The notes below the pieces were generated by a model. That model was given only the letters and a program-made list of their open reading frames with translations. It did not search any database and had not been told where the DNA came from. The translations under genes were made by a program, and so were the position numbers. A DNA stretch of 64,000 bases from an uncultured Candidatus Binatia bacterium (lineage in GTDB: Bacteria > Desulfobacterota > Binatia > UBA9968 > CAXXLF01), in contig OZ244621.1 in the NCBI GenBank assembly GCA_965218425.1, positions 3,008,001 to 3,072,000 on the forward strand. Direction: 5' to 3'. Below, piece by piece: positions 1 to 10,103 of the stretch (positions are counted from its first letter, which is position 1; each line of letters opens with the position of its first letter).

Positions 1-716
1 ATCCGCTCGGCATCTGCTAGTGTTGAACCCGATAGTTTATCTTCTAACTCTGGGAGACGTTGGGCCTTTGGCCCCACACATCCCACCGCCAACCGAACGC
101 TATCAATGGTCCCGTCGCTGAATTTTGTTGCGGCGGCGACATTTACGGTGGGACGGTAGAACTGCTCGATTCTCAGGTAGCCGTGCCCCCAGCCGGGTGG
201 TAGGGGAGGCACCTTGACCTGTGTCAGTAGTTCATCCGGTTGCAGGATGGTTTCATACGTTCCCAAGAGAAATTCGTCCAACGGCAGGTCTCGGCTTCCG
301 TTGCGCCCAGCGATCCCAACCAATGCGCCATGGACCAATAACGCCGTTGCGGGATCGGCGTGGGGATCCGCGAAGCAGAGGTTCCCTCCCAAAGTGCCCT
401 GGCAACGGACACGAATATTACCAATGTGGGACTCAGCGTGGGCCAACATGGGGAGGTGCTGGCGAACCAGCGGGTCCGTCTCCAGATGCCGATGGGTTAC
501 AGTGGCGCCTATGCGAAAATGGCTCCCATCCCAGGAAGTTCCTTTTAATTCTGAGATCCCTTTGATGTTGACGAGGGTGCCGGCTTCAATCAACCCGTAA
601 CGCAGGAGCAGGATGAGCTCGGCACCGCCTGCATAGACCCTTGCCTGTTCGTCATCTAGTTCCGAGGCGGCTTCTTCGATGGTGGTGGGTTCCTGGATTC
701 GGAGTGGCTTCAGCAT
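1..716 (-). CDS. FAD-binding (CoxM/CutM-like) medium subunit of a xanthine dehydrogenase-family molybdenum hydroxylase, truncated by the window edge
   Basis: Manual translation of the 5' part from ATG 716: MLKPLRIQEPTTIEEAA...YAGGAELILLL...IGNIRVRCQGTLGGNLCFADPHADP. AGAGGA RBS upstream. Paralog of 49925-50800. Missing from the ORF track, presumably because it runs off the edge. Confidence 0.9.
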   Translation of the reverse strand, partial: MLKPLRIQEPTTIEEAASELDDEQARVYAGGAELILLLRYGLIEAGTLVNIKGISELKGTSWDGSHFRIGATVTHRHLETDPLVRQHLPMLAHAESHIGNIRVRCQGTLGGNLCFADPHADPATALLVHGALVGIAGRNGSRDLPLDEFLLGTYETILQPDELLTQVKVPPLPPGWGHGYLRIEQFYRPTVNVAAATKFSDGTIDSVRLAVGCVGPKAQRLPELEDKLSGSTLADAER

Positions 717-940
717 GAAATCCTCTCAAGCAATCTCTGCAAAAACATGACAGTAAATCCGGTACTATGTCAACACCTGATCCGATGGGTAAGGCCAGGA
801 GGATCATGGATTGATGCATGGGAATTATTTGACTGCACCGGGTAATGAGGATATAGGGTTCCTACGCGCCACGTTCCAAGGCTTGTCATAGATAAAGGAT
901 GGAGTCAGGGAGCATCCCAACCAGTTCTGGGGGGTTATCA

Positions 941-1783
941 GTGAAGGTCGTCGTAACCGGTGGATCGGGAAGGATCGGTCAATACGTTGTCAAAGAATTG
1001 CTGGGTTCCGATCATGAAGTAACCGTTTTTGATCGGGTAGCTCCGCCTGCGGAGAAAGGTGTGCGGTGGGTTAGAGGTGACATCGAAGACCTGGGTGAGG
1101 TTATAAGCGCGCTGCGCGGAGCCGAAGCGGTCATTCACCTGGCTGCGTTCACCATGCCCTATCGTGACGTGCCCGACCACGTTTTATTCCGCTGCAATAC
1201 CATGGGAACGTACAATGTCCACGAAGCCGCGTTTACCCTGGGTATCCGGCGTGTGGTTTCCACCAGCAGTGGCGCCGTGGTGGGTTGGACCTACCGAACC
1301 CGCGAGTTGCGGCCACAGTACCTACCCGTTGATGAGGATCATCCTGTCTGGCCTCAGGATCCTTATGGCCTCTCAAAGCTCTGTGGTGAGGCTGTGGCGC
1401 GATCCTATACGTTAAAATGTGACATGGAGACCGTAGCGCTTCGTCCCGCCTGGGTAATGACCCCCGACGCCAGTGATGAGCTGCGGGCGCGGGGTGGACG
1501 GAGCGCCCAGAGATTTGATTTGTTTGCTTATATCGACGTCCGGGATCTTGCCACTGCCTATGGCCGGGCAGTGGAGCAGCCCGGGCTGCGCCATGAGGTG
1601 TTCTATGTGGTGGCAGACGACAGCGTTGCCAAAGAGCCTCTATGCGACCTGTTGCCGAGCTTGATGCCAGGCATTGGAGATATGGCGAAGGATTTGACCG
1701 GTGTCAGGTGTGGGGTCTCCAACGAGAAGGCGAAGCGAATGCTCCAATGGCGACCGCGCCACTCGTGGAGGGATGCTGTTTAG
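941..1783 (+). CDS. NAD-dependent epimerase/dehydratase (extended SDR)
   Basis: VTGGSGRIG Rossmann motif, HLAA, YGLSK (YxxxK). GTG 941 chosen as start. Confidence 0.88.
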   Translation: MKVVVTGGSGRIGQYVVKELLGSDHEVTVFDRVAPPAEKGVRWVRGDIEDLGEVISALRGAEAVIHLAAFTMPYRDVPDHVLFRCNTMGTYNVHEAAFTLGIRRVVSTSSGAVVGWTYRTRELRPQYLPVDEDHPVWPQDPYGLSKLCGEAVARSYTLKCDMETVALRPAWVMTPDASDELRARGGRSAQRFDLFAYIDVRDLATAYGRAVEQPGLRHEVFYVVADDSVAKEPLCDLLPSLMPGIGDMAKDLTGVRCGVSNEKAKRMLQWRPRHSWRDAV

Positions 1784-1807
1784 GATAAACGGACGTTCAA
1801 TGGAGAG

Positions 1808-2602
1808 TTACTGGACCCGCGCAGCCGCCTGATAGTACCCATCGTAGCTGACCCACTGACGCGCGATGGACCTCTCTTGATGAAGCCACATCTCTTGTTG
1901 TGCTTCTTGGGTGGTGGCTCGACTGATAACGATCTGCTTGCCGATGTCGCTGTGGTCCTCATCGGCTTCTTCATGGGAGGTGAAAAATTTCACCCCTTCC
2001 TTGGACACTTTGTATTTTTCCCTCAACACCTCCGCCCAGATGGGATAGACGATGGAGGTCACCCGTTCTCCAAGCCGCAGGTTGGTGGGCAAGCCGCCGA
2101 TTTTCTGTGTCATGGATCGTGCATGTTCGGCGGTGAGGACGATCTCAGTGATGGCCGTGGGTTTTGAAGTCATGATTTTATCTCGGGAGAGCCCCAGAGC
2201 TTCCCCGAATTGCATCCAGAGTTCCGGGTGGCTGGGCTCCCCGGAGCTTTCCACGCCCACTTCGCAGGCGAGGACCGATGCCTGTTTTTTCATTTCCTCG
2301 AGCGTAGGAGAGGTGGCCACGATCATGGCATCATTTCGGATGGTCTGAACTTTGTCGTGGTAGCCCTCTTTGGCCCACTCTCGAATTTGATTGAGACTCC
2401 ACTCGCCTTTGACCAGCTTCACGATAAATGGATGTTGCACTTTGGGTGAATTGACAAAGACCGCCTCGGCCAGTTGCGCCAGGAATTCCTCCGGAGTAAG
2501 GAAACGGCTGGGCGGAGGTGAAAATTCGGGATTGTGACGGGGTGAGGTATTGCCCTCATACATGGATTTGGCCCGTTCCCGCAACGCTACAAAGTTTTCC
2601 AT
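1808..2602 (-). CDS. Heme-oxygenase-like (PqqC/CADD/TenA fold) iron-containing redox enzyme
   Basis: HPF near N-terminus, REWAKEGY, E..EPSHPELWMQFGEALG, GE, FFTSHEEADEDH (HxxxDxxH diiron ligands). Confidence 0.8.
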   Translation of the reverse strand: MENFVALRERAKSMYEGNTSPRHNPEFSPPPSRFLTPEEFLAQLAEAVFVNSPKVQHPFIVKLVKGEWSLNQIREWAKEGYHDKVQTIRNDAMIVATSPTLEEMKKQASVLACEVGVESSGEPSHPELWMQFGEALGLSRDKIMTSKPTAITEIVLTAEHARSMTQKIGGLPTNLRLGERVTSIVYPIWAEVLREKYKVSKEGVKFFTSHEEADEDHSDIGKQIVISRATTQEAQQEMWLHQERSIARQWVSYDGYYQAAARVQ

Positions 2603-2774
2603 AGTCGTGTATCCTTTCGAAAAGGCCGTGTTGATATAAACCAGACTCTAAAAACCGTGTCAAGGGAACGGACACTGTGTTACCGGCTCTGCCGCAAAAA
2701 GTGTGGTGTCGTGAGTTGAGAACCTCGTCCTGGCTTTGATCTGACATGCCAGTATGGCTTGAACCTCCAGTATC

Positions 2775-2990
2775 GGACGTCTCCCTCTTTTCGGTGCAGG
2801 CCCCTGCACCCAAAAACCGGAAGCGACGCTGGGGAGCGAGACGCAAGGCCGTGGGCATCGAACGTTCAGCTTCAGATATTCACAGACCTGTTACCCGCGG
2901 CCGGAGGCTCGCTCCACGAGGAGCCTTGAAGCTTTGGAGGTTCATAGGAGCGAATGCCCGATGGGTCGCTACGGGAGTCCCGTGGAGCGA
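2775..2990 (+). repeat. Conserved structured intergenic element, copy 1 (composite)
   Basis: 2833-2988 aligns with 33173-33309 (minus). 2790-2845 aligns with 50981-51035. Stems GGAGCGAG/CTCGCTCC and GGCCGTGGG/CCCGCGGCC. Confidence 0.7.
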
Positions 2991-3230
2991 AGGAAGCCCC
3001 AGAAACCCAAAGTGTAACAACAACGGAGCATGTGTAATTGGCATCCCGCCCCAGTCGGACACGGTCGACGAAACATTTCGCACCACACTTTCTGAAGGAG
3101 AACCTGTGTTACCTTGACTCTCCGCATTCTTGCATGGTATCCGGAGAACAACGAAAGAATTTAGAATGGAGTTAGATAATTACATCTATCAATCGTACAA
3201 AACAGTAACTACGGGGAAGGAGGAACCAAG

Positions 3231-3764
3231 ATGGAGAGGGAAAGGGTCAGAGAGAAAGAACCCACGCAGAAGGGAGAGGGGGAGCATTACGAAGACATGT
3301 TGAAGGCTAACGCGGCGGCTAGAGAGCGAGCGAAAACCGGCAAGATCGTTATAAGGGCCAAAGATCTTCCGTGGCGGCAGTCGAGAATGGGGTATACCAA
3401 GGGATTCCTTGCCTGGAACCGTCCAAAGGACGAGGCTGCGGAAGACTGGACCGTATTCATCAAGGACCTCAAGATCCATTCAGGTAAACATCGGCATCAA
3501 GGGGGCATCCAGTTGTTCATTCTGGAAGGGGAAGGTTGCACTGTGGTGGATGGTGAACCAGTGGATTGGGAAAAATGGGACCTTATAGTCTTGCCGGTGA
3601 AGCCCAACGGCTGTGAGCACCAGCATTTCAGCAAGGTCAAAGGCATGCCATCCAAGTGGATGGCCTTCCGGTATCATCCTTTCTCCAAGGTTCTCGGAAA
3701 CATGTTTGAACACGTGGAGGATTCATCCGACTGGAAGGGTGAGAACCGGGTGGCGGGAGGCTAA
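3231..3764 (+). CDS. Small cupin, gentisate-dioxygenase-like single domain (MERERVREKEP family)
   Basis: HSGKHRHQGG..FILEGEG..W..WD..HQH. GGAGG RBS. Three close paralogs in the window. Confidence 0.85.
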   Translation: MERERVREKEPTQKGEGEHYEDMLKANAAARERAKTGKIVIRAKDLPWRQSRMGYTKGFLAWNRPKDEAAEDWTVFIKDLKIHSGKHRHQGGIQLFILEGEGCTVVDGEPVDWEKWDLIVLPVKPNGCEHQHFSKVKGMPSKWMAFRYHPFSKVLGNMFEHVEDSSDWKGENRVAGG

Positions 3765-3793
3765 GAGGTGCGGGGCACTGGGATTTGAAGCAT

Positions 3794-4963
3794 ATGAGTT
3801 CCCTCAACATCGCTGAAAACGGCACCGACTTCGTCCGCACGGGTCCAGGGACTCCTGCGGGTCGGTACCTCAGAAGGTTTTGGCAGCCCGTGTATCGCGC
3901 CGAGGATCTCGCCCCCAAGCAATTACGTCCCATTCAAATCATGGGTGAAAGGTTTACTCTCTACCGAGGAGCAACGGGGGTTCCCCACGTGGTGGCGTTC
4001 CGGTGCGCCCATCGAGGCACCCAGCTGTCAACGGGTTGGGTCGAGGGGGATTGCGTGAGGTGCCGTTATCATGGATGGAAGTACGAGGGCTCCGGTCAAT
4101 GCGTGGAACAGCCGGGGGAGGAAGCCTCCTATGCGCAAAAGATTCGCATTCGCAGTTATCCTACCCAGGAATATCTAGGGCTCGTCTTCGCCTACTTTGG
4201 CGAGGGGGAGGTCCCTCCACTACGCCGCTATCCCGGCCTCGATGGCCCTGGAGTCCTCGAGGTGTACCCCGCTGAATACTGGCCCTGCAACTACTTCAAT
4301 CGCATTGACAATGCCTGTGACGTTGGGCACGTTGGTTTCACTCATCGTGATTCCAGGGAGGCGGTTGACCAGCACCCCGAACTCCCCGTCTTGTCAGCCC
4401 ATGAGACACAATCCGGCATCATGACCCGGGTGGAGCGAGGCGGGAAGCTCGTTGCGACACTCCAGTTCCATATGCCCAACACGAACCATTTCAGGACGGA
4501 TCTGAGTCTCAGGGACCCGAAGAGTGGTGTATCCGGCGGGTATCTGGACCGCCTTCTCTTCCGGGTGCCAGTGGACGATGAGTCCTGTGTCAGCTTTCCC
4601 ATAGACTTTGCCCATGTAAGTGGCGACTCGGCCGAAGAGTACCGGGAGCGCCGTGGTCGGGCTCTCCGGACCACCAAGGATTCCCATGTGGAATTGGGTG
4701 AGGCGATGCTTGCCGGAAAGTTGCGTATGGCCGACGTGAAGAAACAGAGCAATCTTAAAAATTTGACGAGCCTGGAAGACTACATTGTTCAGGTGGGTCA
4801 GGGTGAAATCGCGGATCGAATCAATGAAAGGCTTGGGCGGATGGATGTGGGTGTCATTCTCTTGAGAAAGGTGTGGGAACGCGAGATCAAGGCCCTAGCA
4901 GAGGGGAGACCCCTTAAGAAGTGGGTGATCCCGGAATCCTTTAACGAAAGGGGTCTCGTCTAG
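3794..4963 (+). CDS. Rieske non-heme iron oxygenase alpha subunit (LigXa/phthalate dioxygenase-like, alpha-only type)
   Basis: CAHRG...CRYHGW Rieske motif; DNACDVGHVGFTH and EDYIVQVGQG mononuclear Fe ligands. Confidence 0.92.
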   Translation: MSSLNIAENGTDFVRTGPGTPAGRYLRRFWQPVYRAEDLAPKQLRPIQIMGERFTLYRGATGVPHVVAFRCAHRGTQLSTGWVEGDCVRCRYHGWKYEGSGQCVEQPGEEASYAQKIRIRSYPTQEYLGLVFAYFGEGEVPPLRRYPGLDGPGVLEVYPAEYWPCNYFNRIDNACDVGHVGFTHRDSREAVDQHPELPVLSAHETQSGIMTRVERGGKLVATLQFHMPNTNHFRTDLSLRDPKSGVSGGYLDRLLFRVPVDDESCVSFPIDFAHVSGDSAEEYRERRGRALRTTKDSHVELGEAMLAGKLRMADVKKQSNLKNLTSLEDYIVQVGQGEIADRINERLGRMDVGVILLRKVWEREIKALAEGRPLKKWVIPESFNERGLV

Positions 4964-5020
4964 CAGGTCGGTGACGACATCTTCGGGATTTTCCGTCGAG
5001 AGAGACATGGGTATGACATT

Positions 5021-5863
5021 ATGGTGAGCAAGGTAGGTTACATCGGTATCGGCAATATTGGCAAGCCCATTGCTGCCAACGTCATCAAGGGTGGATTTGA
5101 TCTCATGGTTTGCGATCTCCATGAGGAGCCCATGAAGGAACTGGCCGCCTTGGGCGCAAAAACGGCCGCTTCCCCCATGGAGGTGGGTAGGCACGCGGAG
5201 ATCATCGAAATGTCCGTGGTGGATGATGCCCAGGTGGAGAAGGTCATTGCCGGGGAAAAAGGGATTTTGAGTGGAGCCAGGCCCGGGGTCATTATCGCCA
5301 TTCACAGCACTATCCATCCAAGAACGGTCAAGCGTGTGGCTGAACTTGCAAAGGCCGGCGGGATCCATGTGGTGGATGCTCAGGTTAGCGGTGGTGAGAG
5401 GGGGGCACGTGCCAGGACCCTGTGCTACATGGTGGGAGGAGAGAAAGAAGACTTTGAGAGATGCAGGCCGGTGTTTGAAACCTCTGGCAGGGAAATCTTT
5501 CACGTGGGCCAGGTGGGCATGGGGGCAGTGGCCAAACTCGCACAACAGGTCATCGTCATGATGAACAGGCTTTCCGCCTACGAGGGGATGCTTTTGGGTG
5601 AAAGCGCAGGCCTTGATCCCAAGATCCTACAGGATGTGGTTCGAGCCAGTAGCGGAGATAGCCGGGTGGCAAGCAACTGGGACCAGTATCGGGATGTGGG
5701 AACTTCTGACCTAGCCATGGCTCAAGAGCGCCTGGATGGTTTCTATAAGGGTCTGATACCCGCCCTTGAGCTGGGCCATGAACTTGGACTTTCCCTCCCC
5801 GGGCTAGCCTTGACGCAACAGCTTTTAGACCGCGTGCTGGGCGTGCGTTCTCTGGGGAGTTAA
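5021..5863 (+). CDS. beta-hydroxyacid dehydrogenase (3-hydroxyisobutyrate dehydrogenase/GarR family)
   Basis: GYIGIGNIG, DAQVSGG, GAVAKLAQQ with catalytic Lys. Confidence 0.88.
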   Translation: MVSKVGYIGIGNIGKPIAANVIKGGFDLMVCDLHEEPMKELAALGAKTAASPMEVGRHAEIIEMSVVDDAQVEKVIAGEKGILSGARPGVIIAIHSTIHPRTVKRVAELAKAGGIHVVDAQVSGGERGARARTLCYMVGGEKEDFERCRPVFETSGREIFHVGQVGMGAVAKLAQQVIVMMNRLSAYEGMLLGESAGLDPKILQDVVRASSGDSRVASNWDQYRDVGTSDLAMAQERLDGFYKGLIPALELGHELGLSLPGLALTQQLLDRVLGVRSLGS

Positions 5864-5919
5864 GAGAGACCTCACTCTCATCCTACGATTCCTATGAGAC
5901 CATAAGGAGGAGCAACCCA

Positions 5920-7107
5920 ATGGAACTTTCTCAGGACTATAACGATTTTGTCCATACGGGGCCAGGCACCCTCGCTGGTCGTTTTCTGAGAAAATTTTGG
6001 CAACCGGTGTATCGTGTTAAAGATCTGAAGCCGGGGCGTGCGGTACCCATCCAACTTATGAGTGAACGGTTTACCCTTTACCGTGGCGAGGGTGGAACAC
6101 CTTATCTGGTGGACTTTAACTGTGCCCATCGCGGCACCCAGTTGTCAACGGGATGGGTTCAGGGTGAATCCATTCGCTGCCGTTACCACGGGTGGAGATA
6201 CGATGGTACGGGGCAGTGCGTGGAACAGCCAGGGGAGGATGAAGTTTACGTCAGCAAGGTAAAAATTTGCAGTTACCCCGCCAGTGAATATTTGGGTCTG
6301 ATCTTCGTGTACATTGGTGAGGGGGATGCCCCGCCCCTGAGGCGACATCCAGACTTTGAACAGCCCGGGGTGCTGGATGCGGGTGTTCCAGAGATTTGGC
6401 CGTGTAACTATTTCAACAGAATTGACAACGCCTGCGACGCGGGTCACGTGGCCTTCACCCACCGCGAATCCATCTCACGGGTGAAAAACATGGAGAGACA
6501 GCTTGCCGTCCGTTCCTTAACCTCGGAAGAGACGGAGTATGGAGTCCGAACCGCCAGTAAGGTGCCCGGGAGGGATCCTTTCTATCTCCATTTCCATATC
6601 CCAGTGACCAACCAGAACAGATCCCAGGCGAGAGTTGAGGGTACATTGGAAGATGCTGCCAACCTTTGGGTAGACCGTTTGTTCTGGCGGGTACCCATCG
6701 ATGACGAAAACTGTATCAGCTTCGTGGTTGACAAAGTGCCTTTGACGGGAGAACAGGGCGAGGCCTATCGCAAACGTCGCCGGGAGGCGGAAGAAACCCA
6801 GGCGGCGCCGCTCAACCAGATCGCCGAAGACATCCTTGCCGGGAAGACGACTCTGGCCGATGTGGATAAGAGTTTATCCACCTACAAGCTTTTCTGGATT
6901 GAAGACTACGTGGTCCAGGTGGGACAGGGTGCCAGAGAAGATCGTCCTGAGGAGCATTTAGGGCGAATGGATGTAGGTGTCTTCCTGCTGCGAAAAATCT
7001 GGCAGCGCGAGCTAAAGGCACTGGCCGAGGGACGGCCTCTCAAACAGTGGAAGACTCCTGAGGGGCTGGCTGATATGAGTAAACTGGCTGTTCCCAAGGC
7101 ATCCTAA
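5920..7107 (+). CDS. Rieske non-heme iron oxygenase alpha subunit (paralog of 3794)
   Basis: CAHRG...CRYHGW; DNACDAGHVAFTH; EDYVVQVGQG. AGGAGG RBS. Confidence 0.92.
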   Translation: MELSQDYNDFVHTGPGTLAGRFLRKFWQPVYRVKDLKPGRAVPIQLMSERFTLYRGEGGTPYLVDFNCAHRGTQLSTGWVQGESIRCRYHGWRYDGTGQCVEQPGEDEVYVSKVKICSYPASEYLGLIFVYIGEGDAPPLRRHPDFEQPGVLDAGVPEIWPCNYFNRIDNACDAGHVAFTHRESISRVKNMERQLAVRSLTSEETEYGVRTASKVPGRDPFYLHFHIPVTNQNRSQARVEGTLEDAANLWVDRLFWRVPIDDENCISFVVDKVPLTGEQGEAYRKRRREAEETQAAPLNQIAEDILAGKTTLADVDKSLSTYKLFWIEDYVVQVGQGAREDRPEEHLGRMDVGVFLLRKIWQRELKALAEGRPLKQWKTPEGLADMSKLAVPKAS

Positions 7108-7149
7108 ACAGTGAGGAGTGGAAATCAAATACCGAGCCCGGATAATTCA

Positions 7150-7290
7150 TCGCTCTCGGAACGAGCCCTTCGGTTCGGCCGTCTTCGACCCCGAGGCTCA
7201 GACCCGAGGGGAGCGCACCGTCGAGGCCCGCTCCAGGGCAATAGGCCTGTGCCTTGAGGTGGCCTGCAAACTCCAGGACACCAGCGCACG
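7150..7290. repeat. Partial copy of the conserved intergenic element, interrupted by nested REP-like palindromes
   Basis: GGAACGAG (7158-7165) and GGGCAATAGGCCTGT (7236-7250) are identical to 33226-33233 and 33246-33260. They are separated by CCCTTCG..GTCTTCGAC..GCTCAGAC..AGGG REP-like units. Confidence 0.55.
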
Positions 7291-7455
7291 GCATGAGCGG
7301 ACGCGGAGCGGATAGGCAAGCACCGTAGAAGTCATCGAACTTTCAAACTCGGTGCCCTCGCCCGTCATGGCTCGCCCCCCGGCCGACACTGTGTCATGGT
7401 TTTTCCCAGTATCATGAAAAATGCCGGCTGGTAGCAGACAGCGGAGGAAAATGCA

Positions 7456-8283
7456 GTGGTAAAAAAAGTTGGATTTATAGGGTTAGGCACCATGGGGAAG
7501 GCCATGGCCGCAAATGTCCTCAATGCCGGTTTCGACTTGATGGTCTATGATCTTCGAGAGCAGCCCTTGAAAGAACTGGCAAGGCTGGGTGCCGGGATAG
7601 CTCAATCTCCCAGAGAGATCGGCCAGCATGCGGAGGTGGTGGAAATTGCCGTAGTCGATGATGCTCAGGTAGAAGAAGTGGTGCTCAATGAAGGTGGCGG
7701 TGTGCTGGCTGGGGCGCAGTCAGGCGGTGTGATTGCCATTCACAGCACCATACACCCAGATACGACGAGAAAACTAACACCCCTGGCCAGGGCCAAGGGA
7801 ATGGATGTGGTGGATGCACAGATGAGTGGTGGAGAGAGGGGAGCCAAAGCCAGAAGCCTATGCTTCATGGTCGGTGGCAGGAAGGATTCCTTTGACAAGT
7901 GCCAGCCTGTTCTATCTGCGTCAGGAACCAATGTCTTTCACATGGGTGACGTGGGGACAGGGTCCATAACCAAGCTGGCTCAGCAGACCATGGTCCTTAT
8001 TAATATGCTTTCCGCCCATGAGGGTATGATGCTGGCTGGAAAGGCGGGGATTGACCTCAAGGCCTTTCAGGATCTCGTTCGGGTGAGCACCGCTCAGAGT
8101 TCCATCGCCGACAATTGGTTGCGGTTTCAGGAAGACCAGAGAACTGACCCTGTCCATCGTGCGGAACTCTTCTATAAGGGGGTCGGCCCAGCCCTTGAGC
8201 TTGCCCACGAGCTGGATGCTCCGCTTCCCGGGCTTGCTCTCGCTCGACAGCTTCTGGGGAGAGTGCTCGGTACAGGAAAATAG
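7456..8283 (+). CDS. beta-hydroxyacid dehydrogenase (paralog of 5021)
   Basis: GFIGLGTMG, DAQMSGG, KLAQQ. GGAGG RBS before the GTG start. Confidence 0.88.
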   Translation: MVKKVGFIGLGTMGKAMAANVLNAGFDLMVYDLREQPLKELARLGAGIAQSPREIGQHAEVVEIAVVDDAQVEEVVLNEGGGVLAGAQSGGVIAIHSTIHPDTTRKLTPLARAKGMDVVDAQMSGGERGAKARSLCFMVGGRKDSFDKCQPVLSASGTNVFHMGDVGTGSITKLAQQTMVLINMLSAHEGMMLAGKAGIDLKAFQDLVRVSTAQSSIADNWLRFQEDQRTDPVHRAELFYKGVGPALELAHELDAPLPGLALARQLLGRVLGTGK

Positions 8284-8400
8284 CATTTCCCTGCGCAATA
8301 ATGTTACCTTCCAATAATTTGAGTCTCAGTGCCCGAGCAATTCTAGGGGGCACGCAAAGCATAAGTGCAATCCCGTAGTGCGGGAAGTCCGTGCTCTAAT

Positions 8401-9651
8401 CTAGGAATTTTCCTTGATCCTGGGCATATTGATGGTGGCGAAGGCGGCTATCCCAGTGGCAATGACAAAGGCCGGGTAATAGCTGTCTGCCATGTCGAAA
8501 ATAACACCACTCAAATAGGCACCCGTGGCCATGCCCAGATGGTGTGTCACTTGCAAGGCTCCATACACGGTTCCGACGGAACGTTGACCGAACACTCGGA
8601 CCACGAGGGTGCTTGTGGAAGGGAACCCCATCATCACGGTGGCACCGTATATTGGTGTGAAAAGAATCAACCAGACGAGGTTGCCCGTGAGGCCGAAGAG
8701 GATCAACATGGGGAGACTGACGGCCCTTAGACCATGCATCAAGCACAGGGCGGACTTGCGGTTATAGTGGTCACACATCCACCCGGAGGCGATGCTCCCG
8801 GCTACGGCCGCCAGATGGCTTGCGCTTAGGAACATTGCGGCAAAGAGGTCTGTTTGCCCTTCATCGGAGACGAATGGAATGAAGTGAACCGAAACCACAT
8901 GGTCCACGATCCCGCAGCTCACCTGGCTCAAAAGGAGCAGACGAAAAAGTGGGGTCCCCATTGCCTCACGTAAAGTCATTCTTGGTCCAATGGACAGAGA
9001 TTGAGAGGTCAAGAGCTGTTCCGTCTCAGGCACCTCCTTCGCGGTTGGCCCATTGCGTAGAAACAGTAGGATCAACGGCAAGATCAAGAGGAGAGTTGCG
9101 CTAAGAACAATGTAGGAGATTCTCCAGCCCATATGTGGAACCAGGAGTGCTGTGAGGGGGGTGAAAACCGCCCAACCCAGGGGTAACGCCGACGATATAA
9201 TACCGGAGGCAAACCCAGCGCGGTTGTGAAACCACCGGCCCATGAGGCTTGCAGCGGGAACATTGGTGGAACCAGCGATGGCAGCACCCGGTAAGATTCC
9301 GAAGAACAAATAGAGGGCCCATAACGATTTTACCCAGAAGATGGGTAGCACCACAACGATCATGAGAACAATGCTAGCCACCATGACGCGCTTGGCTCCG
9401 TAGCGATCCACAAGGGGGCCCACCAGGGGCAAGGTCAGAGCCCAGGCCAGGGTGCTGATGGCATATGAGCCAGCGGTGGTGCCTCTCCCCCAACCGAGGT
9501 CCTTTTGCATGTCCTTGAACAGGGCTCCAATGGTTCCCTTTGTGCCCGTGACGACGAATACCGTGGCGGTGCAAATGCCTACGATGACCCAGCCGTAGTA
9601 CCGGGTGTTTGTGGTTGGCCGCCTATTCAACCGGGAAGTCTCAGATGTCAT
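8401..9651 (-). CDS. MFS transporter (OFA/monocarboxylate-like)
   Basis: About 12 hydrophobic segments, YYGW N-terminus, GPLVDRYGAK motif A, WF..RAGFASG. Confidence 0.9.
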   Translation of the reverse strand: MTSETSRLNRRPTTNTRYYGWVIVGICTATVFVVTGTKGTIGALFKDMQKDLGWGRGTTAGSYAISTLAWALTLPLVGPLVDRYGAKRVMVASIVLMIVVVLPIFWVKSLWALYLFFGILPGAAIAGSTNVPAASLMGRWFHNRAGFASGIISSALPLGWAVFTPLTALLVPHMGWRISYIVLSATLLLILPLILLFLRNGPTAKEVPETEQLLTSQSLSIGPRMTLREAMGTPLFRLLLLSQVSCGIVDHVVSVHFIPFVSDEGQTDLFAAMFLSASHLAAVAGSIASGWMCDHYNRKSALCLMHGLRAVSLPMLILFGLTGNLVWLILFTPIYGATVMMGFPSTSTLVVRVFGQRSVGTVYGALQVTHHLGMATGAYLSGVIFDMADSYYPAFVIATGIAAFATINMPRIKENS

Positions 9652-9659
9652 AATTATTC

Positions 9660-9808
9660 TTTCGGGTTCGAAAGCCGAATTTTAAAGCTCGAAATCTTTA
9701 ACAGACCAAAACGCTGCGCTCCAAAAATCGAAATCCAAATCCGGATAATCTTGAAATTTTGGTTCTTGAGCATTTGAGTTTATTTCGAATTTCGGATTTC
9801 GAATTCAT
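9660..9808. repeat. AT-rich degenerate short-unit repeats (CGAAAT/ATTTCG) in inverted arrangement
   Basis: aaatcgaaatccaaatcc ... atttcgaatttcggatttcgaattc. Confidence 0.55.
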
Positions 9809-9820
9809 GGTTGATTTATA

Positions 9821-9888
9821 CTTGGCGCGCTTTGTGGTTCGACTCTGCTCGCCACCCTGAGTCTAGTCGAAGGGCGCCTTTGCGCGAG
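9821..9888. repeat. Nested REP-like repeat
   Basis: CTTGGCGCGCTTTG[TGGTTCGAC...CCCTGAG...TCGAAGGG]CGCCTTTGCGCGAG. Second copy at 19160-19265. Confidence 0.75.
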
Positions 9889-10103
9889 TCTTCTTTTCCC
9901 TTAAGTGTCTATAGATGAGCCATGTCATGAGTGCGAAATTCCTGTGTTAGAGGAGAGAGACTAACCGATGGTAGGGTGCTGTGTCAAAGAGCCGGTGAAA
10001 GTCTTTGTTGCCCACGATCTTCTGGTTTGACATTGGCTTACCGGTGAGGCTAAGGTCAGTACAATTTTTGAATTTGTTCATTTGCTCCTAGGAAAAAATC
10101 CTT

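Noticed and set aside
1808..2602. PQQ biosynthesis (pqqC) or thiamine salvage (tenA)
   Set aside because: No pqqA/B/D/E or thi genes are present; the residues fit a CADD-like metal ligand set instead.
2746..3117. Small protein family (shares GIER.ASDI.RP with ORF 33097-33306)
   Set aside because: The similarity is at DNA level, with indels and no third-position bias. It is better explained as a non-coding repeat.
9660..9890. CRISPR array (also considered 46780-47110 and 19100-19290)
   Set aside because: There are no regularly spaced identical repeats with unique spacers and no cas genes.
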